Of a DNA stretch of 46,616 nt, positions 28,013 through 38,279 are shown in pieces (the first letter of the stretch is position 1; each line of letters opens with the position of its first letter). Under the pieces are notes generated by a model. The model saw nothing but the letters and a program-made list of their open reading frames with translations, had not been told where the DNA came from and did no database searches. This stretch comes from Bacteroidales bacterium (lineage in GTDB: Bacteria > Bacteroidota > Bacteroidia > Bacteroidales > UBA12077). The DNA lies in assembly GCA_028282585.1 (NCBI GenBank), contig JANQHR010000032.1:1-46616 (forward strand), in the 5' to 3' direction. The position numbers and the translations under genes are program-made.

Positions 28013-29341
28013 CTAGTTAACTCCTAGATACGAACGAACGCATCTGAAGCCTATATATGATTTTGCAGAATCCTGAAATTCATAAGTTCTTGTACCATTT
28101 TGTAAAAAATATCCTATATCTTTCCATGACCCACCTCTTATTACCTTACGTTTCATTGTTGGCGGATCATCCGGTAACGCGTCATATTTATAATCAGGGT
28201 TCATATCATGCATAAAGCTATAAGCCGATTCATCAAACGCATTTGCGGTCCATTCAGAAACGTTTCCGGCCATATCAAATAAACCATATTCGTTTGGTGC
28301 ATAACTACCTACTGAGACAGGAATCATTCCTCCGTCGTCTACATAATTTCCTCTCAATGGTTTAAAGTTAGCAAGGAAACATCCAATCTTATTTCTTGTA
28401 TACATTCCTCCCCAAGGATACATAGATAAATCAAGATTTCCTCGTGCAGCATATTCCCACTCTGATTCACTAGGTAATCTGTAGTCTTGAACAAATCCTT
28501 CACCATCAGACATTAATTCATTATTAAGGAATTGAGTTCTCCAAACTGTAAATGCACTTGCTTGTTTCCATGTTACACCCACCACTGGATAATTGTCATA
28601 TGAAGGATGCCAAAAATACATATTTGTATAAGGCTCGTTAAATGAGTAAGTAAAATCACTTATCCAACATAGTGTATCAGGATATACGTTAATAACGTCT
28701 CTTAATACAAAAGCAGACCTATCTTCTACATCCATTCTCTCCCCTTGAGCATTAATCGCAGAGCCAGTATATTCTTTCGTATCAAAATTATATCGATTTG
28801 ATTTCATTGCAGCTTGCTTCATATCAACTTTATAGTACTCATACATCAATTTCCGAGTATCAACTTCTTTGCGACGATAAAACCTTTCATGCTCAGCTAA
28901 ATACAACTCGTCCAAAATTTCAGAAATTTCTTCATCCATCATATCAATCTCAACTTCCCAATTGATATACGGAGGTTCAATTGGATTACCAAACTCGTCC
29001 TCAGCAATTACAAAGTCTTCAATTTGATCTCCTAATTTTCTTCTCATTATTGAATCACGAACCCAGAATACAAACTGGCGATACTCATTATTAGTTATTT
29101 CCGTTGCATCCATCCAGAATGCATCAACAGAAACAGTTCTTTGATATGCGGTCATTGCCCAAGCTACATCCTGATCACTTGGACCCATATTAAAACTTCC
29201 CATTGGGACAAATACCATTCCATATGGTGTGGATTCAAACCACCCCTTTCGTCCTTGAACTCCGGTCAGCTCTCCGGCATTATATCTACTACAGCTGAAT
29301 GAGATTGCCAATAATAAACTAACAATAAGTAATTTTTTCAT
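28013..29341 (-). CDS. gldK: T9SS/gliding lipoprotein GldK/PorK
   Basis: Lipobox FSC; FGE-sulfatase-fold motifs TEITNNEY, YPVVGV, RLPSESEWEYAARG, DMAGNVSEW, GFRCV. Confidence 0.94.
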   Translation of the reverse strand: MKKLLIVSLLLAISFSCSRYNAGELTGVQGRKGWFESTPYGMVFVPMGSFNMGPSDQDVAWAMTAYQRTVSVDAFWMDATEITNNEYRQFVFWVRDSIMRRKLGDQIEDFVIAEDEFGNPIEPPYINWEVEIDMMDEEISEILDELYLAEHERFYRRKEVDTRKLMYEYYKVDMKQAAMKSNRYNFDTKEYTGSAINAQGERMDVEDRSAFVLRDVINVYPDTLCWISDFTYSFNEPYTNMYFWHPSYDNYPVVGVTWKQASAFTVWRTQFLNNELMSDGEGFVQDYRLPSESEWEYAARGNLDLSMYPWGGMYTRNKIGCFLANFKPLRGNYVDDGGMIPVSVGSYAPNEYGLFDMAGNVSEWTANAFDESAYSFMHDMNPDYKYDALPDDPPTMKRKVIRGGSWKDIGYFLQNGTRTYEFQDSAKSYIGFRCVRSYLGVN

Positions 29342-29404
29342 GATATTTCAAATGTTTATATTTTGCAAAATAACAATAATTCTTCAATTTAATATTAATT
29401 ATCT

Positions 29405-30358
29405 TTATAAAAATCTTATACTCCTATACTTTTCTGGTGTCTTATCCTTTTTCACATCAACACAAAAACCCATAACAATTTCGTGCGTTCCATCATTATA
29501 TCCGATCATATCTGATACTATAAAATCGTATGAATAACTAACTTTTACCCAGTTAAATAATTCCATTCCAAAAATACCAGAAATTGCATTATCCGTTCTT
29601 AAAGAAACGCCACCCCATATCTTTTTATTGTATTCAATTATACCATTTACCGCTAACTGAGTATTTGCAATGTCTGACATTACAAATACATTAGGTTTGA
29701 AAGCCCACAATGGATTAGAAAAGGGCAAATTATATCCGGCTGAAACATAATAATGTCTTTTTAAAATAGTGGATACTGTTGAACTTTGCCCAGAACTCTC
29801 ATCTTCCTTTTGAAATTCAAATTCTGTTTTATATAATTGTGTTGAAGATAAGCCTAAATATAAATCCGGTGTTTTGTAATAAAGTCCAAAGCCAAAATCC
29901 ATAAATGAAATATCATTTCCCGATTCTGGAGGAATGGCTGGATCCTGACCATGATCAATCTCAGGAGTATCCCACGAAGCATCAAGCGATGTATTTGCAA
30001 TACCCCATTTTATTCCAACTCCCAAATTACCGTTCCCAACTGGTAGCTTATAAGCTATTGAAATATTAGCTCTTAAATCATTTTCAAATCCTACTTCGCT
30101 ATTTTCTATTGATAACCCCAGCCCAAATCGTTTAACGGCGCCATCAACATTAAATAAAGTTGTAGATGGTGCTCCATCAAATCCTGTCCATTGTAACCGC
30201 TGCATAGCATAAGCACAAATTTTGTCTTCACTACCTGCATAGCCAGGATTTACCAATAATTTATTGAACATGATTTGAGTAAATTGAGGATCTTGCTGAG
30301 CTTTTAAAAGCAATGAAAATATTAAAAGTAGAGAAAATAAAAAAACCTGTTTTTTCAT
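29405..30358 (-). CDS. porP: PorP/SprF family T9SS beta-barrel
   Basis: AQQDPQFTQ.MFN..NPGYAG, R.QW.G..GAP, YSYD, GTHE; directly upstream of gldK. Confidence 0.92.
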   Translation of the reverse strand: MKKQVFLFSLLLIFSLLLKAQQDPQFTQIMFNKLLVNPGYAGSEDKICAYAMQRLQWTGFDGAPSTTLFNVDGAVKRFGLGLSIENSEVGFENDLRANISIAYKLPVGNGNLGVGIKWGIANTSLDASWDTPEIDHGQDPAIPPESGNDISFMDFGFGLYYKTPDLYLGLSSTQLYKTEFEFQKEDESSGQSSTVSTILKRHYYVSAGYNLPFSNPLWAFKPNVFVMSDIANTQLAVNGIIEYNKKIWGGVSLRTDNAISGIFGMELFNWVKVSYSYDFIVSDMIGYNDGTHEIVMGFCVDVKKDKTPEKYRSIRFL

Positions 30359-30395
30359 CTTAAATTACGTGTTCCTCAATTATATTAAAGATTAC

Positions 30396-30403
30396 CAAAA
30401 GTA
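30396..30403 (-). promoter_or_regulatory. Putative -7 box for the porP-gldKLMN operon
   Basis: TACTTTTG on the minus strand, 37 nt upstream of ATG 30358. Confidence 0.45.
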
Positions 30404-30435
30404 AAATAAACAAAAATTATATTTCTATACAAGTT

Positions 30436-30459
30436 TTATCAACAATTATATGTTGATAA
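30436..30459. promoter_or_regulatory. Inverted pair of DnaA-box-like 9-mers or a TF operator
   Basis: TTATCAACA-N6-TGTTGATAA; each half is one mismatch from TTATCCACA. Confidence 0.5.
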
Positions 30460-30552
30460 CCATGTAAAGATACTTCTTTTATACTCTTGAAAAATAATAA
30501 AGTTACCTCTGATTATTTTTTTTATGATTTTTTTTTGATTAATCTTTTAACC

Positions 30553-31713
30553 TTAATTTAACTTTTGAAATGCTTTAAGCCATTTTTGAGGTATATCGCC
30601 ATTTCCAGCTTCTAAATAATCATCGTAAGTACAAGAAATTAAAAATTGTTTTGTGGTATTTTTTCTAATGGAAGGAACTTCAACCCACCAACGATTTGTT
30701 TTTTCACTTTTATAAAATATTAATTCATTCTTGACATCATTGATATTTACAATAAATTTTTTATACTCTCCTTTGGTTTCTAAAGGATATTCCTTTATCC
30801 TATTTAAAAATCCATCAACAAAATACCATATGATTTGAGCAATCAAATTTGCTGTTTGAGAATTAATATCAGATTGCTGGCTATAGTCAAATATTCCAAA
30901 TGAAGAAAGCTTAGGACTCATTCCTGCATATCGGGCTAACTGACAAATTTCTTCGCCATAATACCCATTTGGGGAAGCATTAAACTGGCCAAAAGCATCT
31001 GACTGTCGAATCGAAGAAATGTTTAATCCTATTAAATCAGCATCTCTAAATATAGGTTCAACTTCCTTTAAATTATTTCTAATGTATCCTAACCTATATG
31101 CAAAATGTAGTTGATCTGCTAGATACTTTACTATTTTGGGACTTACAAAATGTGTTTGGTACCCAATATTATAAAAGTTAAATAAAGAATCGTTATTTTC
31201 AACTATGATTTTCCAAAGCGATGATTTATAGTGTTCTTCTCTGTTTTCAGTAACTCTAATTCTACTATCGATTGAAACTAAATTAATTTCCTTATCATAC
31301 TTCTGATAAGCCATGTAATTAGGATAAAGAATATCCTCCGAATCTCCAATTATAATTGGTATAATATTTAAACTAAATAATTCGACAATTACATCTCTTA
31401 AACCAACTGCCTGATCATTTGGAGCATTACCAGATTTTAAGTTCCCAAGATCGTAAATTTTTACACTCTTACTAAAATTTGCTAGCCGATAAAAATATTT
31501 TCTAATTTCTGTTAACCCTATCAGTGATTCCTCCTCATTACCAGAATGTTTACTTACCACTCCCAAAATAGCTAAATCATAACCTTCAACTGATCGGATA
31601 TTATATTCTTTTGAATGAATTTTTATATACGAAATTATCTGATCTTTAACATCATTGGATTCGGTTAATTTGACATCCATATTTATTGGATCAAAATAAT
31701 CATTTAAATTCAT
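30553..31713 (-). CDS. Arginase/formimidoylglutamase-fold protein with degenerate metal site
   Basis: DLGN, IPIIIG, IGYQ, SPNG..GEEICQLARYAG, FYKS....RWW; DAHxD is replaced by DSRIR. Confidence 0.8.
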   Translation of the reverse strand: MNLNDYFDPINMDVKLTESNDVKDQIISYIKIHSKEYNIRSVEGYDLAILGVVSKHSGNEEESLIGLTEIRKYFYRLANFSKSVKIYDLGNLKSGNAPNDQAVGLRDVIVELFSLNIIPIIIGDSEDILYPNYMAYQKYDKEINLVSIDSRIRVTENREEHYKSSLWKIIVENNDSLFNFYNIGYQTHFVSPKIVKYLADQLHFAYRLGYIRNNLKEVEPIFRDADLIGLNISSIRQSDAFGQFNASPNGYYGEEICQLARYAGMSPKLSSFGIFDYSQQSDINSQTANLIAQIIWYFVDGFLNRIKEYPLETKGEYKKFIVNINDVKNELIFYKSEKTNRWWVEVPSIRKNTTKQFLISCTYDDYLEAGNGDIPQKWLKAFQKLN

Positions 31714-31721
31714 TTCGGGTA

Positions 31722-34112
31722 TTATTTACTGGTTTTCTTCTTTGTTGCTGTGGTTTTCTTTTTTGTTGTTTTCTTTGGAGTTACTTTTTTTGCCACCGTT
31801 TTTTTTGCAGTTCCTTTCTTAGTTTTTTCTGATTTTGTATTTCCTTCAATTATCTCCATACAATGTTTTAAAGACAAATCTTCTGCATTTGTTCCCTTTG
31901 GAATACGAAAATTTTTCTTTTTATAAGAAATATAAGGGCCCCAACGACCATTTAATATTTGAAGGTCGGTATCCTCTTCGAAAATCTTGATTGTTTTTGA
32001 ACGATCTTTTTCCCTTTTTTCTTCAATTAACTCAATTGCTCTTTCTAAATCAATCTTATATGGATTATCTTCTTTTTTTAAAGAAACAAATTTAGAATCA
32101 TGCCTAACATATGGACCAAAACGACCAATTGCCACTACAACTTTCTTCTCCTCATACATCCCTAATTCTCTGGGTAACTTGAATAATTCTAATGCCTCCT
32201 CCAGGTTAATGGTTTCCAAAAGTTGTCCACGTTGTAAAGAGGCAAATTTAGGTTTTTCTTCATCTTCTTTAGTTCCAATCTGAACCATTGGTCCGTAAGG
32301 TCCTATTTTTGCAGTAACTGGTTTACCTGTCACAGGATCTTCACCAAGTATTCTTTCTCCGACACTTCGTGTAGAATTCTCAAGCGTATCTTCTACACCT
32401 TTATGAAAAGGTTTATAAAACTTATCGATCATTTTTGACCAGCTAAGTTTGCCATTTGCTATATCATCAAATTCCTCTTCAACAGAAGCGGTAAAATTAT
32501 AATTTAAGATATCCTCAAAATTATCTGTTAAAAAATCATTTACAACCATTCCAATATCATTAGGAAATAATTTATTTTTCTCAGCTCCTGTTATCTCTTT
32601 CTTTTTTGACTTTCTTACTTCATTATTTTCCAAGATATAATATATATAATGTCTTTCTCTACCGGGGCGATCTTCTTTAACAACATAGCCTCTATTTTGA
32701 ATTGTTGAAATAGTCGGAGCATATGTTGATGGTCGACCAATTCCAAGTTCTTCAAGCTTTTTAACTAAACTTGCTTCGGTATACCTGGGTGGAGAATATG
32801 TGAATCTTTCAACTGCTATAATAGAATTATAATCCACATTTTCACCTTTGTTTACAGCAGGTAATAATCCTTTTGTTTCTTCCTCATTTTCTTCATCGGT
32901 TGATTCAAAATAAACCTTTAAGAAACCATCAAATTTAAGCACTTCTCCAGTTGCAATAAAGCTATGATCATCATTTGAAATATCAATTGTAATTGTTGTT
33001 TTCTCTAATTGGGCTTCACTCATTTGAGAAGCAATAGTTCGCTTCCAGATTAATTCATATAGTTTCTTTTCTCGATCGGTTCCTGAAACTGTTTGTTTAT
33101 CTAAAAAAGTTGGTCGAATGGCTTCGTGTGCTTCTTGTGCTCCTTTTGATTTCGTTTTAAAATTTCTTGTCTTCAGATATTTCTCTCCATATTCAGCAAG
33201 TATCATATTTTTAGCTGCACCTATCGCCATTGAGGAAAGGTTTACCGAATCAGTTCTCATATATGTAATTTTTCCTGATTCATATAATTTTTGCGCAATA
33301 GCCATAGTCTGAGAAACAGAAAAGCCTAGTTTCCTGCTTGCTTCTTGTTGCAAGGTCGAAGTTGTGAATGGAGCCGCAGGGGATTTTTTTCCCGGTTTTT
33401 TGACAACATTTACAATATTAAATGTAGCATCTTTGCATTTCTTTATTAGTTCTTCTGTTTTATCGGAAGATTTAATCCTTTCTGATAAATCAGCCTTTAA
33501 TTCTTGATTTTTGTTTGTTTTAAACAGTCCGGATATTTTATAATATGACTCGCTTTTAAAGTTCAGTATTTCTCTTTCTCTTTCAACTAAAAGTTTCACC
33601 GCCACAGACTGCACCCTCCCGGCCGATAAAGAAGGCTTTACTTTTTTCCATAAAACCGGAGATAATTCAAAACCGACCAATCTATCTAAAACCCTTCTGG
33701 CTTGCTGTGCATTAACCAAGTTTTCATCAATTGCTCTAGGATTTTGTATAGCCTTTTGAATAGCTTCTTTTGTAATTTCATGAAAAACTATTCTTTTTAC
33801 CTTTTGAGGATCTAAATCCAGCACTTTCATTAAGTGCCAAGCTATTGCCTCTCCTTCCCGGTCTTCATCGGAAGCCAACCACACAAGCTTTGATTCTTTT
33901 GCTATTTTCTTGAGTTCTTTAACAACTGCTTTCTTATCTTCAGGAACTATATATTGAGGTTCATAATTTTTTTCAATTTCTATCCCAAGATTCTTTTTTG
34001 CCAGATCTCTTATATGCCCGAAACTTGATTTAACCTGAAAATCTTTCCCTAAAAACTTCTCTATTGTCTTTGCTTTTGCAGGCGACTCAACGATTACTAA
34101 ATTTTCAATCAT
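31722..34112 (-). CDS. topA: DNA topoisomerase I (type IA)
   Basis: IVESPAKAKTI, DEDREGE, SAGRVQS, ITYMRTDS (catalytic Tyr), GIGRPSTY, GRFGPY C-terminal repeats, Lys-rich tail. Confidence 0.98.
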   Translation of the reverse strand: MIENLVIVESPAKAKTIEKFLGKDFQVKSSFGHIRDLAKKNLGIEIEKNYEPQYIVPEDKKAVVKELKKIAKESKLVWLASDEDREGEAIAWHLMKVLDLDPQKVKRIVFHEITKEAIQKAIQNPRAIDENLVNAQQARRVLDRLVGFELSPVLWKKVKPSLSAGRVQSVAVKLLVEREREILNFKSESYYKISGLFKTNKNQELKADLSERIKSSDKTEELIKKCKDATFNIVNVVKKPGKKSPAAPFTTSTLQQEASRKLGFSVSQTMAIAQKLYESGKITYMRTDSVNLSSMAIGAAKNMILAEYGEKYLKTRNFKTKSKGAQEAHEAIRPTFLDKQTVSGTDREKKLYELIWKRTIASQMSEAQLEKTTITIDISNDDHSFIATGEVLKFDGFLKVYFESTDEENEEETKGLLPAVNKGENVDYNSIIAVERFTYSPPRYTEASLVKKLEELGIGRPSTYAPTISTIQNRGYVVKEDRPGRERHYIYYILENNEVRKSKKKEITGAEKNKLFPNDIGMVVNDFLTDNFEDILNYNFTASVEEEFDDIANGKLSWSKMIDKFYKPFHKGVEDTLENSTRSVGERILGEDPVTGKPVTAKIGPYGPMVQIGTKEDEEKPKFASLQRGQLLETINLEEALELFKLPRELGMYEEKKVVVAIGRFGPYVRHDSKFVSLKKEDNPYKIDLERAIELIEEKREKDRSKTIKIFEEDTDLQILNGRWGPYISYKKKNFRIPKGTNAEDLSLKHCMEIIEGNTKSEKTKKGTAKKTVAKKVTPKKTTKKKTTATKKKTSK

Positions 34113-34149
34113 GAAATATTTGATTTTGAAGAATATCTAAAAAACGAGA

Positions 34150-34182
34150 CAAAATTAATATAAATAGTATTTTAACATCAAA
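34150..34182 (-). promoter_or_regulatory. sigma-A promoter of topA
   Basis: TTTG (34182-34179), 21-nt spacer, TAATTTTG (34157-34150): full Bacteroidota -33/-7 consensus. Confidence 0.65.
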
Positions 34183-34236
34183 ATTTTCAATTAAATATTA
34201 TTTATTTAATTTTACGACCAGTCGAAAATAGTCCAT

Positions 34237-36591
34237 ATGAATAAAATAAAATTTACAACAAAGTTTTACATCAGATTGTTCTGGGCATTGGCGGTAGTCC
34301 CAGTATTTACCATCATTTTACTCTTTATTCTGATATCTTTTGAGAAGTTAGGGGAAATGCCATCTTTTGAAGAATTAGAAAATCCTGAAAATAATTTAGC
34401 CTCCGAATTTTATTCGTCCGATGGAGTATTATTAGGTACCGTATTTTGGGATAACCGTTCTTATACAAAACACGAAGAAATACCTCAGAATATAATTGAT
34501 GCATTAATTGCGACCGAAGATGTACGTTTTCATAAACATTCGGGAATTGATGCAAGAGGTTTAGGAAGAGTTTTTGTATATACTATACTAATGAATAGAA
34601 GAGAAGCAGGAGGAGGTAGTACTATAACTCAACAACTTGCAAAGAATCTATTCCCAAGAGATACCACAACTTACAATACTTCCATTGGTAGAAAAGCACA
34701 TTTGGGATTAGCAAAATTTAAAGAGTGGGTTACAGCTGTAAAGCTCGAAAAAAATTATACCAAAGATGAAATCATCGGAATGTATTTAAATACAGTTCCA
34801 TTCGGTGGAATTACATATGGATTAAAATCAGCATCTAAAACATATTTTAATAAAACTCCAGATTCTCTAAAAACTGAAGAATCTGCATTATTGGTTGGTA
34901 TGTTAAAAGGCCCTAGTCGTTTTAGTCCAGTAAGGCATCCTGAAAGATCAAGGTTAAGGAGAAATGTTGTTTTAAGTCAAATGAATAAATATGGTTATAT
35001 CACTCCTGAAGAATATGATTCATTAAGCTTACTTCCCATAGAGATAAATTATAAAGTTCAAGATCATAATGTGGGTTTAGCTACTTATTTTAGAGAATAT
35101 TTACGATTAACTCTAAACAGATCAAAACCTAACCCGAAAAATTACATTTCGTGGAGAGATTATAGGAATGATTCTATTGAATGGCAAAAAAATCCATTAT
35201 ATGGTTGGTGTAAAAAAAATCAAAAACCTGATGGTTCAGATTATGATTTATATCGTGATGGATTAAAAATTTACACCACTATAGACTCTCGGATGCAAAT
35301 GTATGCCGAAGAAGCATTAGTTGAACATTTAAAAGAAGAGTTACAGGATGATTTTAATGCTGAACAGGAAAACAATCCTAATGCACCGTATTACGAAGAA
35401 TTAACAGGAGATGAAATTCAAGATATTATTGATCTTGCCATAAGAAGAACCGAAAGATACAGGGGTATGCGGAGAAGGGGTATAAAGATGGATTCTGTAA
35501 AAATTGTATTTAATACCCCAACTGAAATGAGAGTTTTTTCCTGGAGAGGAGAAGTTGATACAATAATGACTCCATTAGATTCTTTACTGTATTACAAGAA
35601 TTTTTTGAGAGCTGGTTTCCTTTCCGTTGATCCTCACAATGGTCATGTAAAGGCTTATGTTGGAGGCCCCAATTTTAAGCATTTTAAATACGACCATGTT
35701 ACGCAAGGGAAAAGACAGGTTGGATCGACTATTAAACCCTTTCTTTATACACTTGCAATGCAAGAGGGGTATTCTCCTTGTCATAAGGTTCCAAATGTAC
35801 CAAGCACATTTTTGTTGAATGACACAACCTGGACGCCGAAAAACTCGGGGCCTACTTCACGCGATGGGCAAATGGTAACTTTAAAATGGGGATTAGCAAA
35901 TTCTGTAAACTGGATTTCTGCATGGTTAATTAAGCAGTTTAATCCTGTTTCTATAATTGATGTTATGCGTAAAATGGGCGTAAATAGTAAAATTGTTGCT
36001 GTTCCATCAATTTTTTTGGGAACTTCCGATATCACTCTTGAAGAAATGATAAGTGCATATTCAACTTTTTCAAATAAAGGTGTACATTCGGATCCGATTT
36101 TTGTTAGTAAAATTGAAGATAAAAACGGAAATGTACTGGCAGAATTTACTTCAACAAAAAATGAAGCAATTAGTGAGCAAACAGCATATTTAATGACTAA
36201 CTTACTAAGAAGCGTTGTGCTTGAAGGATCGGGAGGAAGAGTTAGATGGAAATATAACCTTTACAATGAAATTGGAGGTAAAACCGGTACAACTCAAAAT
36301 CATTCCGATGGCTGGTTTGTTGGTATAACTCCGAACCTGGTTTCTGGAGTTTGGGTTGGTGGTGAAGATCGCGCTATTCACTTTAAAGGAATTGGACAAG
36401 GTGGAGGGCACAACATGGCACTTCCTATTTTTGCACTTTATATGCAAAAGATTTACAATGATTCGACTATAGTTGGAGTTAGTACTGAAGATATCTTCGA
36501 GAAACCACTAAATTTTGACATTGAAATTGATTGTGACAAATTTGAGGAAAATCAAACTAAACAAGAAAACTTTGATGATGACTTTTTCTAA
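34237..36591 (+). CDS. mrcA: Class A penicillin-binding protein (PBP1a-like)
   Basis: TM anchor; EDVRF, GGGSTITQQLAKN; STIK, SVN and KTGT transpeptidase motifs. Confidence 0.92.
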   Translation: MNKIKFTTKFYIRLFWALAVVPVFTIILLFILISFEKLGEMPSFEELENPENNLASEFYSSDGVLLGTVFWDNRSYTKHEEIPQNIIDALIATEDVRFHKHSGIDARGLGRVFVYTILMNRREAGGGSTITQQLAKNLFPRDTTTYNTSIGRKAHLGLAKFKEWVTAVKLEKNYTKDEIIGMYLNTVPFGGITYGLKSASKTYFNKTPDSLKTEESALLVGMLKGPSRFSPVRHPERSRLRRNVVLSQMNKYGYITPEEYDSLSLLPIEINYKVQDHNVGLATYFREYLRLTLNRSKPNPKNYISWRDYRNDSIEWQKNPLYGWCKKNQKPDGSDYDLYRDGLKIYTTIDSRMQMYAEEALVEHLKEELQDDFNAEQENNPNAPYYEELTGDEIQDIIDLAIRRTERYRGMRRRGIKMDSVKIVFNTPTEMRVFSWRGEVDTIMTPLDSLLYYKNFLRAGFLSVDPHNGHVKAYVGGPNFKHFKYDHVTQGKRQVGSTIKPFLYTLAMQEGYSPCHKVPNVPSTFLLNDTTWTPKNSGPTSRDGQMVTLKWGLANSVNWISAWLIKQFNPVSIIDVMRKMGVNSKIVAVPSIFLGTSDITLEEMISAYSTFSNKGVHSDPIFVSKIEDKNGNVLAEFTSTKNEAISEQTAYLMTNLLRSVVLEGSGGRVRWKYNLYNEIGGKTGTTQNHSDGWFVGITPNLVSGVWVGGEDRAIHFKGIGQGGGHNMALPIFALYMQKIYNDSTIVGVSTEDIFEKPLNFDIEIDCDKFEENQTKQENFDDDFF

Positions 36592-38279
36592 TTGATTAAA
36601 GGTATAGATTCTATCAAATTTTTAGTATACGCTGAGACGGGTGAGTTGTAAATTTTATCTGCCTTGTTTATTTCAACTAATTCGCCTTCTTTCATTACCA
36701 TTATTCTGTCTGACATGTATTTAACCACAGATAAATCATGCGATATAAAAATATATGTAAGTTGAAATTCTTCTTTTAAATCGTTTAATAAATTTAGTAT
36801 TTCAGCCTGAACAGAAACATCCAGAGCTGATACCGATTCATCACAAATTATAAATTCGGGTTCTAACATCAAAGCTCTTGCAATTACTATTCTTTGCCTT
36901 TGCCCTCCTGAAAACTCATGAGGGTATTTATAAAAACTCTCTTTATTCAATCTTACCTTCTTAAGTACTTCAAGTGCTCGTTCTTTTCTTTCTTTTTTTG
37001 ATTTTAATAGTTTATGCACAAAAAGAGTTTCTATTAAAGCTTCACCAATAGTAAGTTTTGGGTTTAAAGAGGAATAAGGATCCTGAAAAATAATTTGAAC
37101 ACTCTTCCTAAACTGCTTTAAGTCTTTTGGTGATAATTTGTTTAATGATCTTCCTTTATATCCAATTTTACCTGAGCTTTTATCAATTAACTGTGCTATC
37201 ATTCTTCCTAAAGTAGTTTTTCCACATCCGGATTCACCTACTAAGCCTAAAGTTTCACCTGCAAACACAGAAAAACTTAAATTCTTTACTGCGTCTTGCT
37301 TTTGTTTGGGTTTGCCGAAAAAATTCCTTTTGGAAAAAAATGTCTTGTTTAAGAGCGTAACTTTAAGAATCTCATTTTCGTATTTTTTTCGTTCTTTTTC
37401 CTTTCTTATGGTTTGATTTTTACTTGAATGTTCTGAATCTAAGAAATCAGGAAAGACGGGTAATCTCTTTTTATTAGAATTAAGTTCTGGTCGGCTATTC
37501 AACAACCCTCTTGTATACTGATGCTGTGGATCTTTCAAAACCTTATAGGTACTTCCCTGTTCTACAATTTCACCTTTATACATTACCAAAACTCTATTTG
37601 CTATTTGAGAAATAACACCTAAATCGTGCGAGATGAAGATAATACTCATTTGATATTTTTTCTGAATATCTTTTAGCAGCTCCAAAATTGCTTTTTGTAC
37701 TGTAACATCCAACGCTGTTGTGGGTTCATCAGCAATCAAAATAGAAGGTTTTAAAGCTATTGCCATTGCAATCATTACGCGTTGCTTTTGTCCTCCTGAG
37801 ATTTCATGCGGATAACTATCGAAAATTCTTTGCGGATTTGGCAGATTAACTTCTTTAAATAATTTAATAACCTTTTTCTTAGCGTTTTTTGATGAAATTT
37901 CAGAATGATTTGTAAGAATCTCGCCTACCTGATTGCCACATTTTAAAGTGGGATTTAGAGATGTCATAGGTTCCTGAAAAATCATAGAGATTTTATTTCC
38001 ACGAATATCTGATAACTCTTTATTGCTCAAGGAGAGTATGTCAAACTTATTTTCGTTAAGATAAGTTATTATTCCACTATTGATAATAGCATTTTTAGGA
38101 AGTAAATTAAGAATTGATAATGCTGTAAGTGATTTACCAGATCCTGATTCACCTACAATACCTAAAGTTTCCGACTTACTTAAAGTAAAAGAAATATTTT
38201 TTAAAACCTTGTTGCTTCCAGACTTTGTTTTAAATGATAAAGTTAGATTATTTACATCTAGTAATTTCACAAAAATCAA
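36588..38279 (-). CDS. Fused double-NBD ABC ATPase, peptide/nickel (DppD-DppF/YejF-like)
   Basis: GESGSGKS and GESGCGKT, two YPHE.SGGQ motifs, ALDV; the start may be GTG 38270. Confidence 0.9.
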   Translation of the reverse strand: MIFVKLLDVNNLTLSFKTKSGSNKVLKNISFTLSKSETLGIVGESGSGKSLTALSILNLLPKNAIINSGIITYLNENKFDILSLSNKELSDIRGNKISMIFQEPMTSLNPTLKCGNQVGEILTNHSEISSKNAKKKVIKLFKEVNLPNPQRIFDSYPHEISGGQKQRVMIAMAIALKPSILIADEPTTALDVTVQKAILELLKDIQKKYQMSIIFISHDLGVISQIANRVLVMYKGEIVEQGSTYKVLKDPQHQYTRGLLNSRPELNSNKKRLPVFPDFLDSEHSSKNQTIRKEKERKKYENEILKVTLLNKTFFSKRNFFGKPKQKQDAVKNLSFSVFAGETLGLVGESGCGKTTLGRMIAQLIDKSSGKIGYKGRSLNKLSPKDLKQFRKSVQIIFQDPYSSLNPKLTIGEALIETLFVHKLLKSKKERKERALEVLKKVRLNKESFYKYPHEFSGGQRQRIVIARALMLEPEFIICDESVSALDVSVQAEILNLLNDLKEEFQLTYIFISHDLSVVKYMSDRIMVMKEGELVEINKADKIYNSPVSAYTKNLIESIPLIN

